Source of the DNA: an uncultured Clostridia bacterium
GTDB taxonomy: Bacteria; Bacillota; Clostridia; Christensenellales; UBA1242
Length of the DNA: 64,000 nucleotides
Assembly: GCA_947624415.1 (NCBI GenBank)
Contig: CANQKH010000006.1
Location: 13,910-77,909 of the forward strand
Direction: 5' to 3'
The position numbers and the translations under genes were made by a program. Position 1 is the first letter of the stretch. Every line of letters begins with the position of its first letter. Positions 1 to 8,845 of the stretch are shown here, piece by piece. The notes below the pieces were generated by a model, which saw only the letters and a list, made by a program, of their open reading frames with translations, had not been told where the DNA came from and made no database searches.

Positions 1-175
1 AAATTTTTCGCTTTTTCTCTTCCCATTAATTATAATTTAATTACATGGTTTTTAAGGCTTTACAACACTTAAATACTAATAAATTATTAAGTTTTAATTC
101 TCTTGATTTTCTAAATATAGCCTTATTTTCTTGACATAAATTTGAAAATATGTAAACTTGTAGTAGAGGAAAAAT

Positions 176-1012
176 ATGATAAGATTAGTCAAAATTGCAT
201 ATGCGTTTGTTATTTTTGCCTTACTTATGGTGTGTGGCATAATTTTTATTGACTTTCTTCGTGCTCCAAGTGTTTCAACGACAAACAAGCCATCTCAAAG
301 TTATATAATTTCCTCCACAAAGTCGGTAGGGGATGGAAAAATAGAAAAAATGCTTGCATATCAAACAAATTATCAAAATATTGGAGTTGATAATGAATAT
401 AAAAAGCAGGTTCATGACCTCCTTGTTGAAAAAATAAAGACTGTTGCAGAGGTAGAAAAGAATAGTCTTCTTAACAAATATAATTCACAACCTGATGATT
501 TTGAAGTAATAATTTTAAACACAAATGATGTGGCTGGCTATGTGATTAGATTTTCATCGCTTGACACATATAATTTTTATTACAATTCTATACAAAGAGA
601 GGTTAAAAAGGGTTCATTTGTTAATGTTATGACCCAAAAAATGCAATATCCGTTGACAACAGAAGAGGTCGAAAACTACAAAAATCTTATGATTGATGCA
701 GTTTCTAGCATTATAAATGAAGATGTTTCAAGCAAATATGTTCCTATTGTTTATTATGAATATGTTTCACCTAATTCTCATGGAAAGGCAAACGCCAATC
801 AAATTCAGCAGGATTCTCTTGGCTTCACGCACTATATTTGGCTTAACAACGCAGCAAATCAAGCAAAGGAACTTGTAATTAAAATAAATATAATAAACTA
901 TTGGTTATGGATTGTTGTTGGGCTGTTTTTACCTCTTAGCATAATGTGTGTTGCAATAGCAATTTTGTCGTTTAAAAAGGATTTAAGTAAAAAAGGCTTA
1001 AAAAATCAATAA
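176..1012 (+). CDS. hypothetical membrane protein (TM helix at each end)
   Basis: 278-aa ORF; hydrophobic N-terminus (FVIFALLMVCGIIFIDFL) and C-terminal TM (WLWIVVGLFLPLSIMCVAIAILSF); no catalytic motif recognised. Confidence 0.45.
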   Translation: MIRLVKIAYAFVIFALLMVCGIIFIDFLRAPSVSTTNKPSQSYIISSTKSVGDGKIEKMLAYQTNYQNIGVDNEYKKQVHDLLVEKIKTVAEVEKNSLLNKYNSQPDDFEVIILNTNDVAGYVIRFSSLDTYNFYYNSIQREVKKGSFVNVMTQKMQYPLTTEEVENYKNLMIDAVSSIINEDVSSKYVPIVYYEYVSPNSHGKANANQIQQDSLGFTHYIWLNNAANQAKELVIKINIINYWLWIVVGLFLPLSIMCVAIAILSFKKDLSKKGLKNQ

Positions 1013-1024
1013 AAAAGACAATAA

Positions 1025-1060
1025 AAAATAAAGTTTATGGTTATCCAAAAACTTTATTTT
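1025..1060. terminator. bidirectional intrinsic terminator between convergent genes
   Basis: 12-bp inverted repeat AAAATAAAGTTT / AAACTTTATTTT with A/T-rich flanks. Confidence 0.5.
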
Positions 1061-1064
1061 AAAA

Positions 1065-1535
1065 TTATTCCAAATCAATATAATTGTCGCTTTGATAGGG
1101 TTTATCACTTTGAGATTGAATTTCCTTTTGCTGATTATCTTCAATTTTAGCACCATCCTGCATAACTTTATTTTTCTCTTCTAAATATTTTTTATATCCA
1201 AATGGGTCAAAGTAACTTAATGTTCTCTCGGGGTCGTAGTTATTAGCCATAAATTTTACAAAACCTTGGTCTATTGCGTGATTTTGGCATTGTGTGCTTA
1301 ATATTAAAATGTAAACAGTTTTATAAGCAATATATTTATCTAATATTTTTCTATCTCTTTTTGTTTCCGTTCGGTTTGTATTTTTGCATATTTTTGTAAA
1401 TTTTTTTCTTATTTTATCTAATTGTGTAAGAAATTTATCATATGAAATAGTTTTATTGCCAATGTATCTTGAAAAATAAGCCTCACCAATTTTAATATAA
1501 TCTTTCATTTCTGACATTGTTGCATATACTCTCAT
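1065..1535 (-). CDS. hypothetical protein
   Basis: 156-aa ORF with GGAG about 7 nt upstream of the ATG; no recognisable motif. Confidence 0.45.
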   Translation of the reverse strand: MRVYATMSEMKDYIKIGEAYFSRYIGNKTISYDKFLTQLDKIRKKFTKICKNTNRTETKRDRKILDKYIAYKTVYILILSTQCQNHAIDQGFVKFMANNYDPERTLSYFDPFGYKKYLEEKNKVMQDGAKIEDNQQKEIQSQSDKPYQSDNYIDLE

Positions 1536-1618
1536 GTTTTATCTCCTTAAATATAATTATATCATAACTATAATTTTATGTCAATATTTAAAAATTTTTA
1601 AAATTAAAAGGAAAAATT

Positions 1619-2695
1619 ATGAAAATTTTGTTTTTTGATTTAGAATATGCGAGTTCTAAAAATGGTTGTAAAATTTGTGAGTTTGGCTACGTCATAACAG
1701 ATGAAAAATTGGATGTTATCGAAAAAAACAACTTGATTATAAATCCAAATTTAAAAAATGACGAGTGGGATTGGCGTGTTTTAAGGACAATTTTAACCCG
1801 CAGTAAAAGTGAATATGAGGAAAGGTTAACTTTTCGAGAATATTATCCCAAGATAAAATCAATAATTAATAGTTGTGATTACATATTAGGGCACTCACTT
1901 TTTAATGATGCAAAAGCACTCAATGACGATTGCAAAAGGTATAATCTGCCTAGTTTGAATTTTGAATTTTATGATGTAAAACTGTTTTATCAAGAATATG
2001 CAAACACAAAGGCTGAAATTTCAGTCAACAATATTTTGAAACAATTGAATGTAAAAGGGCAACAGGGTGAACACGATGCAGAAGTAGATGCCTACAATAC
2101 AATGTTGGAATTTAAAAAAATAATAAACAATCTTGGTGTTTCATTTATTGAAATGTTGGAGTTATGCCCCAACGTTAAAGATAAAAATGAAGATTTTAAA
2201 ATTTCATCTTTGCAGGAAAAAAGGAAAAATATTGAAAAAAGTAGCAAAAATCCAAAAAATTTTACAAAATTATTAAAAAATTTATATCAAAATTATCCCC
2301 AACGTAAAAATTGGAAGGCAATATGTTTTTCTGACACAATACTAGAAGATGATGTTGAAAGTCGGTTGAAACTTATAAAGGCAGTATTTGATAGTGGATT
2401 TAACTACACCCAAAACGTGTCATTATGCTCCTATTATGTTGCCGGCGAAAGGGCGGGAAAAAGAGATGAATCATACAATTACAACGTTGAGAAAAATAAT
2501 ATGCAAATAAATAAAATAACCCTTTCTGACCTTGCAAAATTATTAAATATAAAATTAAACGAAAAGGGAGAAATTATTGAAGGAAATTTGCCAAAATATA
2601 ATGAAAATTCCACAATTTACTTAAAATTAAAAGAAAGTCTCGATAAAAAAGGAATTTCATATGAGGAATTTATTAATAAACTAAATGATAATTAA
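1619..2695 (+). CDS. DEDDh (DnaQ-like) 3'-5' exonuclease domain protein with C-terminal extension (possibly BRCT-like)
   Basis: Exo I FFDLEYAS, Exo II-like GHSLFNDAKAL, Exo III HDAEVDAYNT (H-x4-D); C-terminal KAICFSDTIL...YYVAGERAGKR resembles a BRCT pattern. Confidence 0.65.
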   Translation: MKILFFDLEYASSKNGCKICEFGYVITDEKLDVIEKNNLIINPNLKNDEWDWRVLRTILTRSKSEYEERLTFREYYPKIKSIINSCDYILGHSLFNDAKALNDDCKRYNLPSLNFEFYDVKLFYQEYANTKAEISVNNILKQLNVKGQQGEHDAEVDAYNTMLEFKKIINNLGVSFIEMLELCPNVKDKNEDFKISSLQEKRKNIEKSSKNPKNFTKLLKNLYQNYPQRKNWKAICFSDTILEDDVESRLKLIKAVFDSGFNYTQNVSLCSYYVAGERAGKRDESYNYNVEKNNMQINKITLSDLAKLLNIKLNEKGEIIEGNLPKYNENSTIYLKLKESLDKKGISYEEFINKLNDN

Positions 2696-2710
2696 ATAAG
2701 GAGAATTATT

Positions 2711-3415
2711 ATGCCGGAATCAAAAAGAATTAAAGATTTGACAAAGGTCAATAGTGCAAATTTCGACACAATTGCAGAGGAACTTTTAGCAAAGTTGAAA
2801 GCTTTTGACGATGAGTTCGATTTCAGTGATGTAGAGGCACGAGAAGATGAAACAGAACGCAGTTTTTGTAAGGGTTTCCCTGATATGGGTGATGGAAAAG
2901 CAAAGACAACAGAAAGAAGGCTGTGCAAGTGTCTGTATTACACCAATATCGACAAGGAAGTTAAAACAAGATGCGACGTGTGCAAACTTAGAGACAGGCA
3001 AAGTGAAGGTTACCATGCAATACTTACAGGAAACTTCAAGGTGATATACTATGAATTTGTGCCAACTAACAAGGGGAGGGGTATTGGAAACGTCGATTTA
3101 ATTCTTGCTGATGAGAGTTTCGCATATTTGACAGAGGTAAAACCACCAAGGGGAAATGACGAAACCCTACTTCGTATGCTCCTTGAAATTGAAACATATT
3201 ACCGCGTTACCCTTCAAGGGAAGCAATATGAAGATATAGTCAAGGACAAGCCTCTAAGAAAGGCTATTCTCTTCTTTAAGGACAGCCCTCAATACAAAGC
3301 ATATTATGATTCATCTTGTGGAGTAAACACAAAAAAATTGCTTAAAAAATTTGGCATTACAGTGTTCTGTGCAGAATTTACAGGCAAAGAGGTTTTTATT
3401 AAAGCAATAGGATAA
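2711..3415 (+). CDS. hypothetical protein with Cys cluster and PD-(D/E)xK-like nuclease motif
   Basis: CKCLYY...RCDVCKLRD Cys cluster followed by GNVDLILADESFAYLTEVKPP (D ... E-x-K spacing); 15 nt after the exonuclease gene. Confidence 0.4.
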   Translation: MPESKRIKDLTKVNSANFDTIAEELLAKLKAFDDEFDFSDVEAREDETERSFCKGFPDMGDGKAKTTERRLCKCLYYTNIDKEVKTRCDVCKLRDRQSEGYHAILTGNFKVIYYEFVPTNKGRGIGNVDLILADESFAYLTEVKPPRGNDETLLRMLLEIETYYRVTLQGKQYEDIVKDKPLRKAILFFKDSPQYKAYYDSSCGVNTKKLLKKFGITVFCAEFTGKEVFIKAIG

Positions 3416-3426
3416 TTTAAAAAACA

Positions 3427-3460
3427 AAAAATGAGTTTAACTACAAAACTCATTTTTTTA
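3427..3460. terminator. bidirectional intrinsic terminator
   Basis: AAAATGAGTT / AACTCATTTT stem followed by T-run, between convergent genes. Confidence 0.5.
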
Positions 3461-3478
3461 TTTGATAATAGAAAACTA

Positions 3479-4324
3479 TTACTCGCCATCATCTTTTAAG
3501 AAAACCATTACATATCTATGAGGTTCTTCGCCGCGGCTCATTGTAACAACTCTTGGGTCATCTGCAAGTGTTGAGTGAATTATTCTTCTTTCACTTGGGT
3601 TCATTGGGTCAAGTCTTGCATATCTTCCAGTCTTTACAACCTTCTCTGCAGTTTTTCTTGCAAGTTCTGCAAGCACTTCGCTTCTTCTTTCCTTGTATCC
3701 TCCAATATCAAGTAAAATTCTTTTTTCAGTTTTACCTGCGGCGGCACAAAGCACTCTGTTTATAGCATAGTAGCATTCTCCTCTATGGCCTATCATGTCG
3801 CCAAGATTTTCACCAACAACGCTGTAAGTTACATATTTGTCATCTTCGCTTGTATTTATTTGCACATCTTTTCCTGCGGCTTTAAACAATCCTTCAAGAA
3901 ATTCAACAGGGTCAACTCCTTTTTCTTGAGTTTTTACATTTTCTTCTTGTTCTAAGTTTTCCTGTTCTAAATCTTTAATTTCTTGTTTTTGCTCTTTTTT
4001 TAGAGTTTTTTCTTGATTTTTTACCTCTTTTTTGCTTTCTTTTGCTTCTTCTTTAGTTTCTTTCTTTTCTTCTTTTGTTTCTTTTTTATCTGTTTTTTTC
4101 TCTTCGTGTTCGGCAACTGTTGGTTTTGAATTTTCTTTAACAGTTGGTTTTTCATACTTTGCCTTTGCATCTTCAGATATTGTTACAAGCACTCTTGCCT
4201 TTTTAAACAAACCGCCTTCGCTTAATATCTTTATATCAACATCTTCGCGAGGTGCTTTTAATTCAAAAAGTGCGTTTTCAATTGCCTGTTCGATATTTTT
4301 TCCTATTCCCTCGGCTGATAACAT
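3479..4324 (-). CDS. khpB: RNA-binding protein KhpB/Jag (Jag_N, KH, R3H) with expanded K/E-rich linker
   Basis: N-terminal GKNIEQAIENALFELKAPREDVDIKILSEGG (Jag_N); C-terminal ERRIIHSTLADDPRVVTMSRGEEPHRYVMV (R3H); directly downstream of yidC as is typical. Confidence 0.85.
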   Translation of the reverse strand: MLSAEGIGKNIEQAIENALFELKAPREDVDIKILSEGGLFKKARVLVTISEDAKAKYEKPTVKENSKPTVAEHEEKKTDKKETKEEKKETKEEAKESKKEVKNQEKTLKKEQKQEIKDLEQENLEQEENVKTQEKGVDPVEFLEGLFKAAGKDVQINTSEDDKYVTYSVVGENLGDMIGHRGECYYAINRVLCAAAGKTEKRILLDIGGYKERRSEVLAELARKTAEKVVKTGRYARLDPMNPSERRIIHSTLADDPRVVTMSRGEEPHRYVMVFLKDDGE

Positions 4325-4344
4325 ATTTTTCCTCCCTAATGTTA

Positions 4345-5730
4345 TTAAAATTTTCTTGAATAGTCAACGTTTTCAAGTTCTTTTTTCTCTTTTTTGGCTT
4401 TACGCTTGTCCATAACGAAATCTACAAACATAAGTTGTGGAACTAGTAGTAGTCCTGAAACAACTTGTCCTGTAAGCATATAAATTGAGAACACGCTGTT
4501 GTAGAATAGGGCAAACACACCAAGCAAGCATGGAACGATTATTTGTGATATTTTACCTTTTTCATTGTCAACTTTTGGCAAACCTTTCTTCTTATTCTTT
4601 CTATTGTTATAGAATTTTGTAAGTTGCATTGTTAAAAATGCTGCGGCTATACACAAAATTGGCAGTAAGAAGTATCCATTTGTTTTACTTTTTTGTGCTT
4701 TTAAGTCTGGCATGAAAGCATTGTAAATTCTTTCTTCGCCTTCCTGGAATGTATTTCTTACCTGGCCTCTCAAAGTGTTGTAACTTACAATTGATTTATT
4801 GAAAGGTGTGTCGGCAATCCAAATGTTTTCAATCCATAAAAAACTATCTTTTGTTTCGTCATAAACCTTTTTGACGTTTTCAATTGCCACTCTTTGAATG
4901 GCCTGTGAAAGGTATAACTTTTCTTCAACCGTATTTCCTTCGTCATCGGTTAAAACTTTTGTGTCAAGCAAAACATCTTTACTCCACTCTTCTTCGCCTT
5001 CCTCGTAGGTTGGAAAGTAAACATCTAAGAGTTTTATAATATTTTCATTTTCTTCTACAACTATTTCAACAGTTTCTCCTTTATAGTCAAGAATTGGTCG
5101 TTTTGAAGAAAAATCTTGCTTATAATCAATTTTGTCTAATTCCACATCATTATATACAAGTGCTATTGTATTATTTTCATCATCAATGACAAACTTCAAA
5201 TTCTCATAATCTGCAAAGTATTCAAGTCTGTCAAGTTTATCCTCTTGCGATTCAAAGTTTGATAGGTAGTGGTCCGCAACGTTTACACAATTTATGTATG
5301 TGTATCTTATACTTTCATAACTGTTTGCAATCTTGTAAGCAGACATAACGTTAAGTCCAGATAGTAGTGTAAAGAATATAAGAAGGTTTAATCCCATAAC
5401 TATTATTGTTATTGCACAACTACCATAGTAACCCTTGCCATAATACTTTTTATAAACTTCGTTTTGCTTCTGTTGTAAAACTTGTGGTTGTTTTTCGTAT
5501 TTTGCTTTAATCTTTGCAAGTTCGGGTTGCATTTTTGTTTGGACTGAGTTCATGTATTGTTGATTGAACTTTGTGCCAGTGTCAACAAGACCCCAAATAA
5601 GTCTTATCACAACAGTTAGCAATATAATTGCAAGCACGTAGTTTTTTGTTGCACCCTCAAAAGCCCGTATAATGTTTATCCAAAATCCGCTTGGCTCTTG
5701 CACCGACAAAAGACTGCTTATAAAAGCCAT
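4345..5730 (-). CDS. yidC: membrane protein insertase YidC/Oxa1 family, with large extracytoplasmic insertion
   Basis: MQPELAKIKAKYEK...QQKQNEVYKKY helical hairpin, FLWIENIWIADTPF motif, multiple TM helices, basic C-tail; conserved yidD-yidC-jag order. Confidence 0.85.
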   Translation of the reverse strand: MAFISSLLSVQEPSGFWINIIRAFEGATKNYVLAIILLTVVIRLIWGLVDTGTKFNQQYMNSVQTKMQPELAKIKAKYEKQPQVLQQKQNEVYKKYYGKGYYGSCAITIIVMGLNLLIFFTLLSGLNVMSAYKIANSYESIRYTYINCVNVADHYLSNFESQEDKLDRLEYFADYENLKFVIDDENNTIALVYNDVELDKIDYKQDFSSKRPILDYKGETVEIVVEENENIIKLLDVYFPTYEEGEEEWSKDVLLDTKVLTDDEGNTVEEKLYLSQAIQRVAIENVKKVYDETKDSFLWIENIWIADTPFNKSIVSYNTLRGQVRNTFQEGEERIYNAFMPDLKAQKSKTNGYFLLPILCIAAAFLTMQLTKFYNNRKNKKKGLPKVDNEKGKISQIIVPCLLGVFALFYNSVFSIYMLTGQVVSGLLLVPQLMFVDFVMDKRKAKKEKKELENVDYSRKF

Positions 5731-5981
5731 TTTTCATCTCCTTTTATATTCATTGGAACGGGGTCGTAACCAAATTCTTCGCTTGGAACACATCTTAATA
5801 TCCTCTTTACTCCCAGCCCTATTCCCTTAAAACCAAATGACGAAATTGCATCTAGGCAATAACTAGAGCAAGTGGGATAAAATTTACAACTCTTGGGCAT
5901 TAGTGGACTTACCGCCACCTTGTAAAAATATATTGGGAGTTTTAAAATAAAGGTAAAAACTCTTTTAAATAGTTTTCTCAT
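5718..5981 (-). CDS. yidD: membrane protein insertion efficiency factor YidD
   Basis: ISPLMPKSCKFYPTCSSYCLDAI...GVKRILRCVP signature. Confidence 0.85.
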   Translation of the reverse strand: MRKLFKRVFTFILKLPIYFYKVAVSPLMPKSCKFYPTCSSYCLDAISSFGFKGIGLGVKRILRCVPSEEFGYDPVPMNIKGDEKWLL

Positions 5982-6342
5982 TTAAGTCTTTACCTTTTTT
6001 AAATATATCAAGAATTTCCTTTTCTATTTGTTTGTAGTCAAGTTCTCCAGCACCTTCTCGTGCCTTCAATACATAATTCCTCTTTGGCTGGGGCAGTTTG
6101 TTTAGTCTTACAATTTCTTTAAGTCGCCTGCGTAATAAATTTCTCTTCCAGGCTTTCCCGATTTTCTTCGAAATTGAATATCCAATCTTATAACAATTAT
6201 ACTTACTTCCGCAAGTGAATAATGTAAAATGCTTTGAACTGCTTCTCTCCCCATTTTTAAACAAAAAGTTGAACTGACTATTCCTTTTTAATCTATGGTC
6301 TGACCTCTCTTTTGTTTTAAGCAGATAATTTTTTTCTTCCAC
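5965..6342 (-). CDS. rnpA: ribonuclease P protein component
   Basis: [26 protein letters not shown] motif; immediately downstream of rpmH; GTG start as drawn overlaps rpmH by 26 nt, so the true start is uncertain. Confidence 0.8.
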   Translation of the reverse strand: MEEKNYLLKTKERSDHRLKRNSQFNFLFKNGERSSSKHFTLFTCGSKYNCYKIGYSISKKIGKAWKRNLLRRRLKEIVRLNKLPQPKRNYVLKAREGAGELDYKQIEKEILDIFKKGKDLNEKTI

Positions 6343-6451
6343 GATTTCTTCTTCTTTTTAAAACATTTCTGCCACCTGTTGTTCTCATTCTCTCTCTAAA
6401 ACCATGAACTTTGCTTCTTTGTTTTTTCTTAGGTTGATAAGTTCTTTTCAT
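6317..6451 (-). CDS. rpmH: 50S ribosomal protein L34 (below ORF-track size cutoff)
   Basis: Hand translation: [45 protein letters not shown]; AGGAGG upstream of the ATG. Confidence 0.9.
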   Translation of the reverse strand: MKRTYQPKKKQRSKVHGFRERMRTTGGRNVLKRRRNRGRKKLSA

Positions 6452-6574
6452 GACGTAGCCTCCTTTTTTAATATTAACTATTCAATTATATTAAAAAATT
6501 TACCATTTGTCAAGCGAAAATATATATCCATCTTTTAACAAAATTCTTTAATTTCAATATTTATTGCTTTATAG

Positions 6575-7093
6575 TCATTTATTGCTACTGCCAAACCCTT
6601 TATCACCTCGCTCAGATGGTATCTGTCGCAATGCCTCAATACTTATCTCCTGCTCTTCCATTTTCTCAACTCTATGTATTATCCCCTGTGCAATTGACTT
6701 CGATGTTGAATAAAACATAAACTCACGGTCTGGTATCTTCTTCCTTATCTCATCCTCTCCTAAAAGTGATAAAACAATTGGAAAGGTGTTGGCATTGTAT
6801 AGTGCAACTTTTATCTCTCCTCGATACCCACTATCAATTATCCCACCACATATTTTCATACCTTTAACACCAGTAGATGACCGCTCCTCAAGTTGAAGAT
6901 AATAATCCTCGCTCGAAGCCCAAGAAATCCCAGTTGGCAGCAGTCCAACATGAAAAGGCTCAATAATTATATATTCCTCGTCAAATGCAGCATAAAAGTC
7001 ATACCCCGCATTCTCAGCCTTCTTGGTTGGAATAAGTGCATCAGCCCTCGTTTTAGCCCAGTATACCTTATTGTTCTCTACAAAAAATTCCAT
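6575..7093 (-). CDS. dut: dUTP diphosphatase
   Basis: AGYDF, ERSSTG, GGIIDSGYRGE, RGDKGFGSS dUTPase motifs; internal ATG at 7093 preceded by GAGGTGG. Confidence 0.85.
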   Translation of the reverse strand: MEFFVENNKVYWAKTRADALIPTKKAENAGYDFYAAFDEEYIIIEPFHVGLLPTGISWASSEDYYLQLEERSSTGVKGMKICGGIIDSGYRGEIKVALYNANTFPIVLSLLGEDEIRKKIPDREFMFYSTSKSIAQGIIHRVEKMEEQEISIEALRQIPSERGDKGFGSSNK

Positions 7094-7140
7094 TTTCCAC
7101 CTCACTCCCTATATTATACCATACAAGTATTTTTAAAGTC

Positions 7141-7676
7141 AAAGGTTACTGACAAGAAACTTAGTTTCTATCAGTATCGAATGAGTGATATTTAAAATAT
7201 AAATTACACTCTCTCATTTATTTATAAGTGTTTAATTTTGTTTTATAAAAAATTAACATTTTCTTTTAATTTGCATTCAAATAATGTATAATGCAAATGA
7301 AGTTAAGTGTCTTTAATTTAAAGAAAACTTCATCTCCAACTCATATAGATAAGATAATTTTTTTATTGATTGATAATAATCATAATAATAATCTGTGTGG
7401 AAATGTGTATAATTTTTTTATTATACTATATATAGTGTAAAATAACAAAATTAAAAATTCAAAATACTATATATAGATAATAAAAATGTGGAATTAAAGT
7501 GGACAAGTTTATAATAATTATCCACTTTTGCACCTAAGTTTTTAAACAATGTGATTAATGAGAAAGTTTATTTTTTTATTTTTAAATATCACCCATTCGA
7601 TAATCGCCAAGCACCTGGGCTTGTAGAAACTAAGTTTTCCGTCAAACATTTGGTTTGTCGCCAAGCCTAAGGCTTG
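7141..7676. repeat. left arm of large inverted repeat flanking dnaN (hairpin modules + AT-rich DnaA-box core 7335-7563)
   Basis: Reverse complement of 7335-7563 aligns almost base-for-base with 9059-9288; flanking modules TTTAAATATCAcccATTCGAtAAtCG plus small hairpins are shared with 8846-9697. Confidence 0.85.
7518..7526 (+). promoter_or_regulatory. DnaA-box-like 9-mer TTATCCACT (1 mismatch to TTATCCACA)
   Basis: Read directly; further TCCAC-core boxes at 7396-7404, 7487-7495 and 7498-7506. Confidence 0.5.
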
Positions 7677-7694
7677 AAAAAAGATGAAAAAAGA

Positions 7695-7724
7695 TTGACA
7701 AAAATGATTTAAAGGATATATAAT
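7695..7724 (+). promoter_or_regulatory. sigma-70-type promoter of dnaN
   Basis: TTGACA (7695-7700), 18-nt spacer, TATAAT (7719-7724); AGGAG RBS before the ATG at 7745. Confidence 0.6.
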
Positions 7725-7744
7725 TAGATGTAAAAGGAGAATAT

Positions 7745-8845
7745 ATGATAGTAAGTTGTCAAGGTCTTGAACTTTCAGACGCATTACTCAAAGTTAGCAA
7801 GGCTATTTCGTCAAAAATTACAAATCCCATACTTGAGGGGATAAAGATGGTTGCTGAGGAGGATACATTAACTCTTTCCGCCACAGACACAGAACTTTCA
7901 ATTGAGAAAAAAATTAAAGCGAACGTTCGCAGTGAGGGTGAAACGGTTGTTCCTGGTCGTTTTTTGACTGAGTTTGTTAAGAAACTGACAAATTCAATTA
8001 TTGAACTTGAGGTTAACGACAAGAACCAATTATCTATAAAGTATGAAGACAGCGAGTCAAACATACAGTGCTACAGCCCTGTTGAATATCCCGGCTTTAA
8101 AAAGATTGCCACAGAGGACTATTTTGCTATAAGCAAGAAGGATTTTAAATCTTGTGTCCTTAAAACTATATTTTCTGTCGCACTTGATGACTCACGACCA
8201 ATTTTGAAAGGTGTCCTGTTTGATATATCCAAGAATGAAGTAAACGTTGTCGCACTTGACGGATATAGACTTGCAAGAGTTAAAAAGAGAGTTAATTCGA
8301 CTGTTGAAAAGGCAATTGTTATTCCTGCAAGAAGTCTTTCCGAACTTAGCAAACTTATAGATGATAGTGATGACATTATAAACATCTATATCGACCAATA
8401 CACCATTATGGCTGATTTGGGAGACACAAAGGTTACTTCAAGACTGCTCGAAGGCGACTATATTAACTATAAACAAATTATACCTGTCAATTATGAAAGT
8501 TTCGTTGTTGTCAATAAGGCATACTTCGAAGAAGCATTGGAAAGGGCAACCCTTGTTTCAAAAACAAGTAATAACAGTTTCGTTAAGTTTGACATAAAAG
8601 AAAACAATATTCTGTTGACGTCAAACTCAGAACTGGGAAACGTTCGCGAAAATATTTCAGTTGAACTTATGGGAAAAGATATTTTGATATCTTTCAATCC
8701 TCGCTATTTCCTCGAAAGTTTGAAGTCAGTTACAAACGACTTTGTAAAATTGTGCTTTAACAGCCCTTCAACACCATGTGTGATTGTCCCAACTGATAAT
8801 GATGAATTCCTTTATCTAATCCTCCCAGTCCGTGTAATTTCCTGA
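7745..8845 (+). CDS. dnaN: DNA polymerase III beta sliding clamp
   Basis: 366 aa; typical N-terminus (LLKVSKAISSK..NPILEGIKM) and three-domain length; ends ...YLILPVRVIS. Confidence 0.95.
   Translation: MIVSCQGLELSDALLKVSKAISSKITNPILEGIKMVAEEDTLTLSATDTELSIEKKIKANVRSEGETVVPGRFLTEFVKKLTNSIIELEVNDKNQLSIKYEDSESNIQCYSPVEYPGFKKIATEDYFAISKKDFKSCVLKTIFSVALDDSRPILKGVLFDISKNEVNVVALDGYRLARVKKRVNSTVEKAIVIPARSLSELSKLIDDSDDIINIYIDQYTIMADLGDTKVTSRLLEGDYINYKQIIPVNYESFVVVNKAYFEEALERATLVSKTSNNSFVKFDIKENNILLTSNSELGNVRENISVELMGKDILISFNPRYFLESLKSVTNDFVKLCFNSPSTPCVIVPTDNDEFLYLILPVRVIS

Noticed and set aside
6893-7784. ORFs 6893-7195 (+) and 7542-7784 (-) in the dut-dnaN spacer
   Set aside because: The first is antisense to dut and runs into repeat modules. 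The second lies within the inverted-repeat/DnaA-box region and overlaps the dnaN promoter and start. Neither has an RBS.
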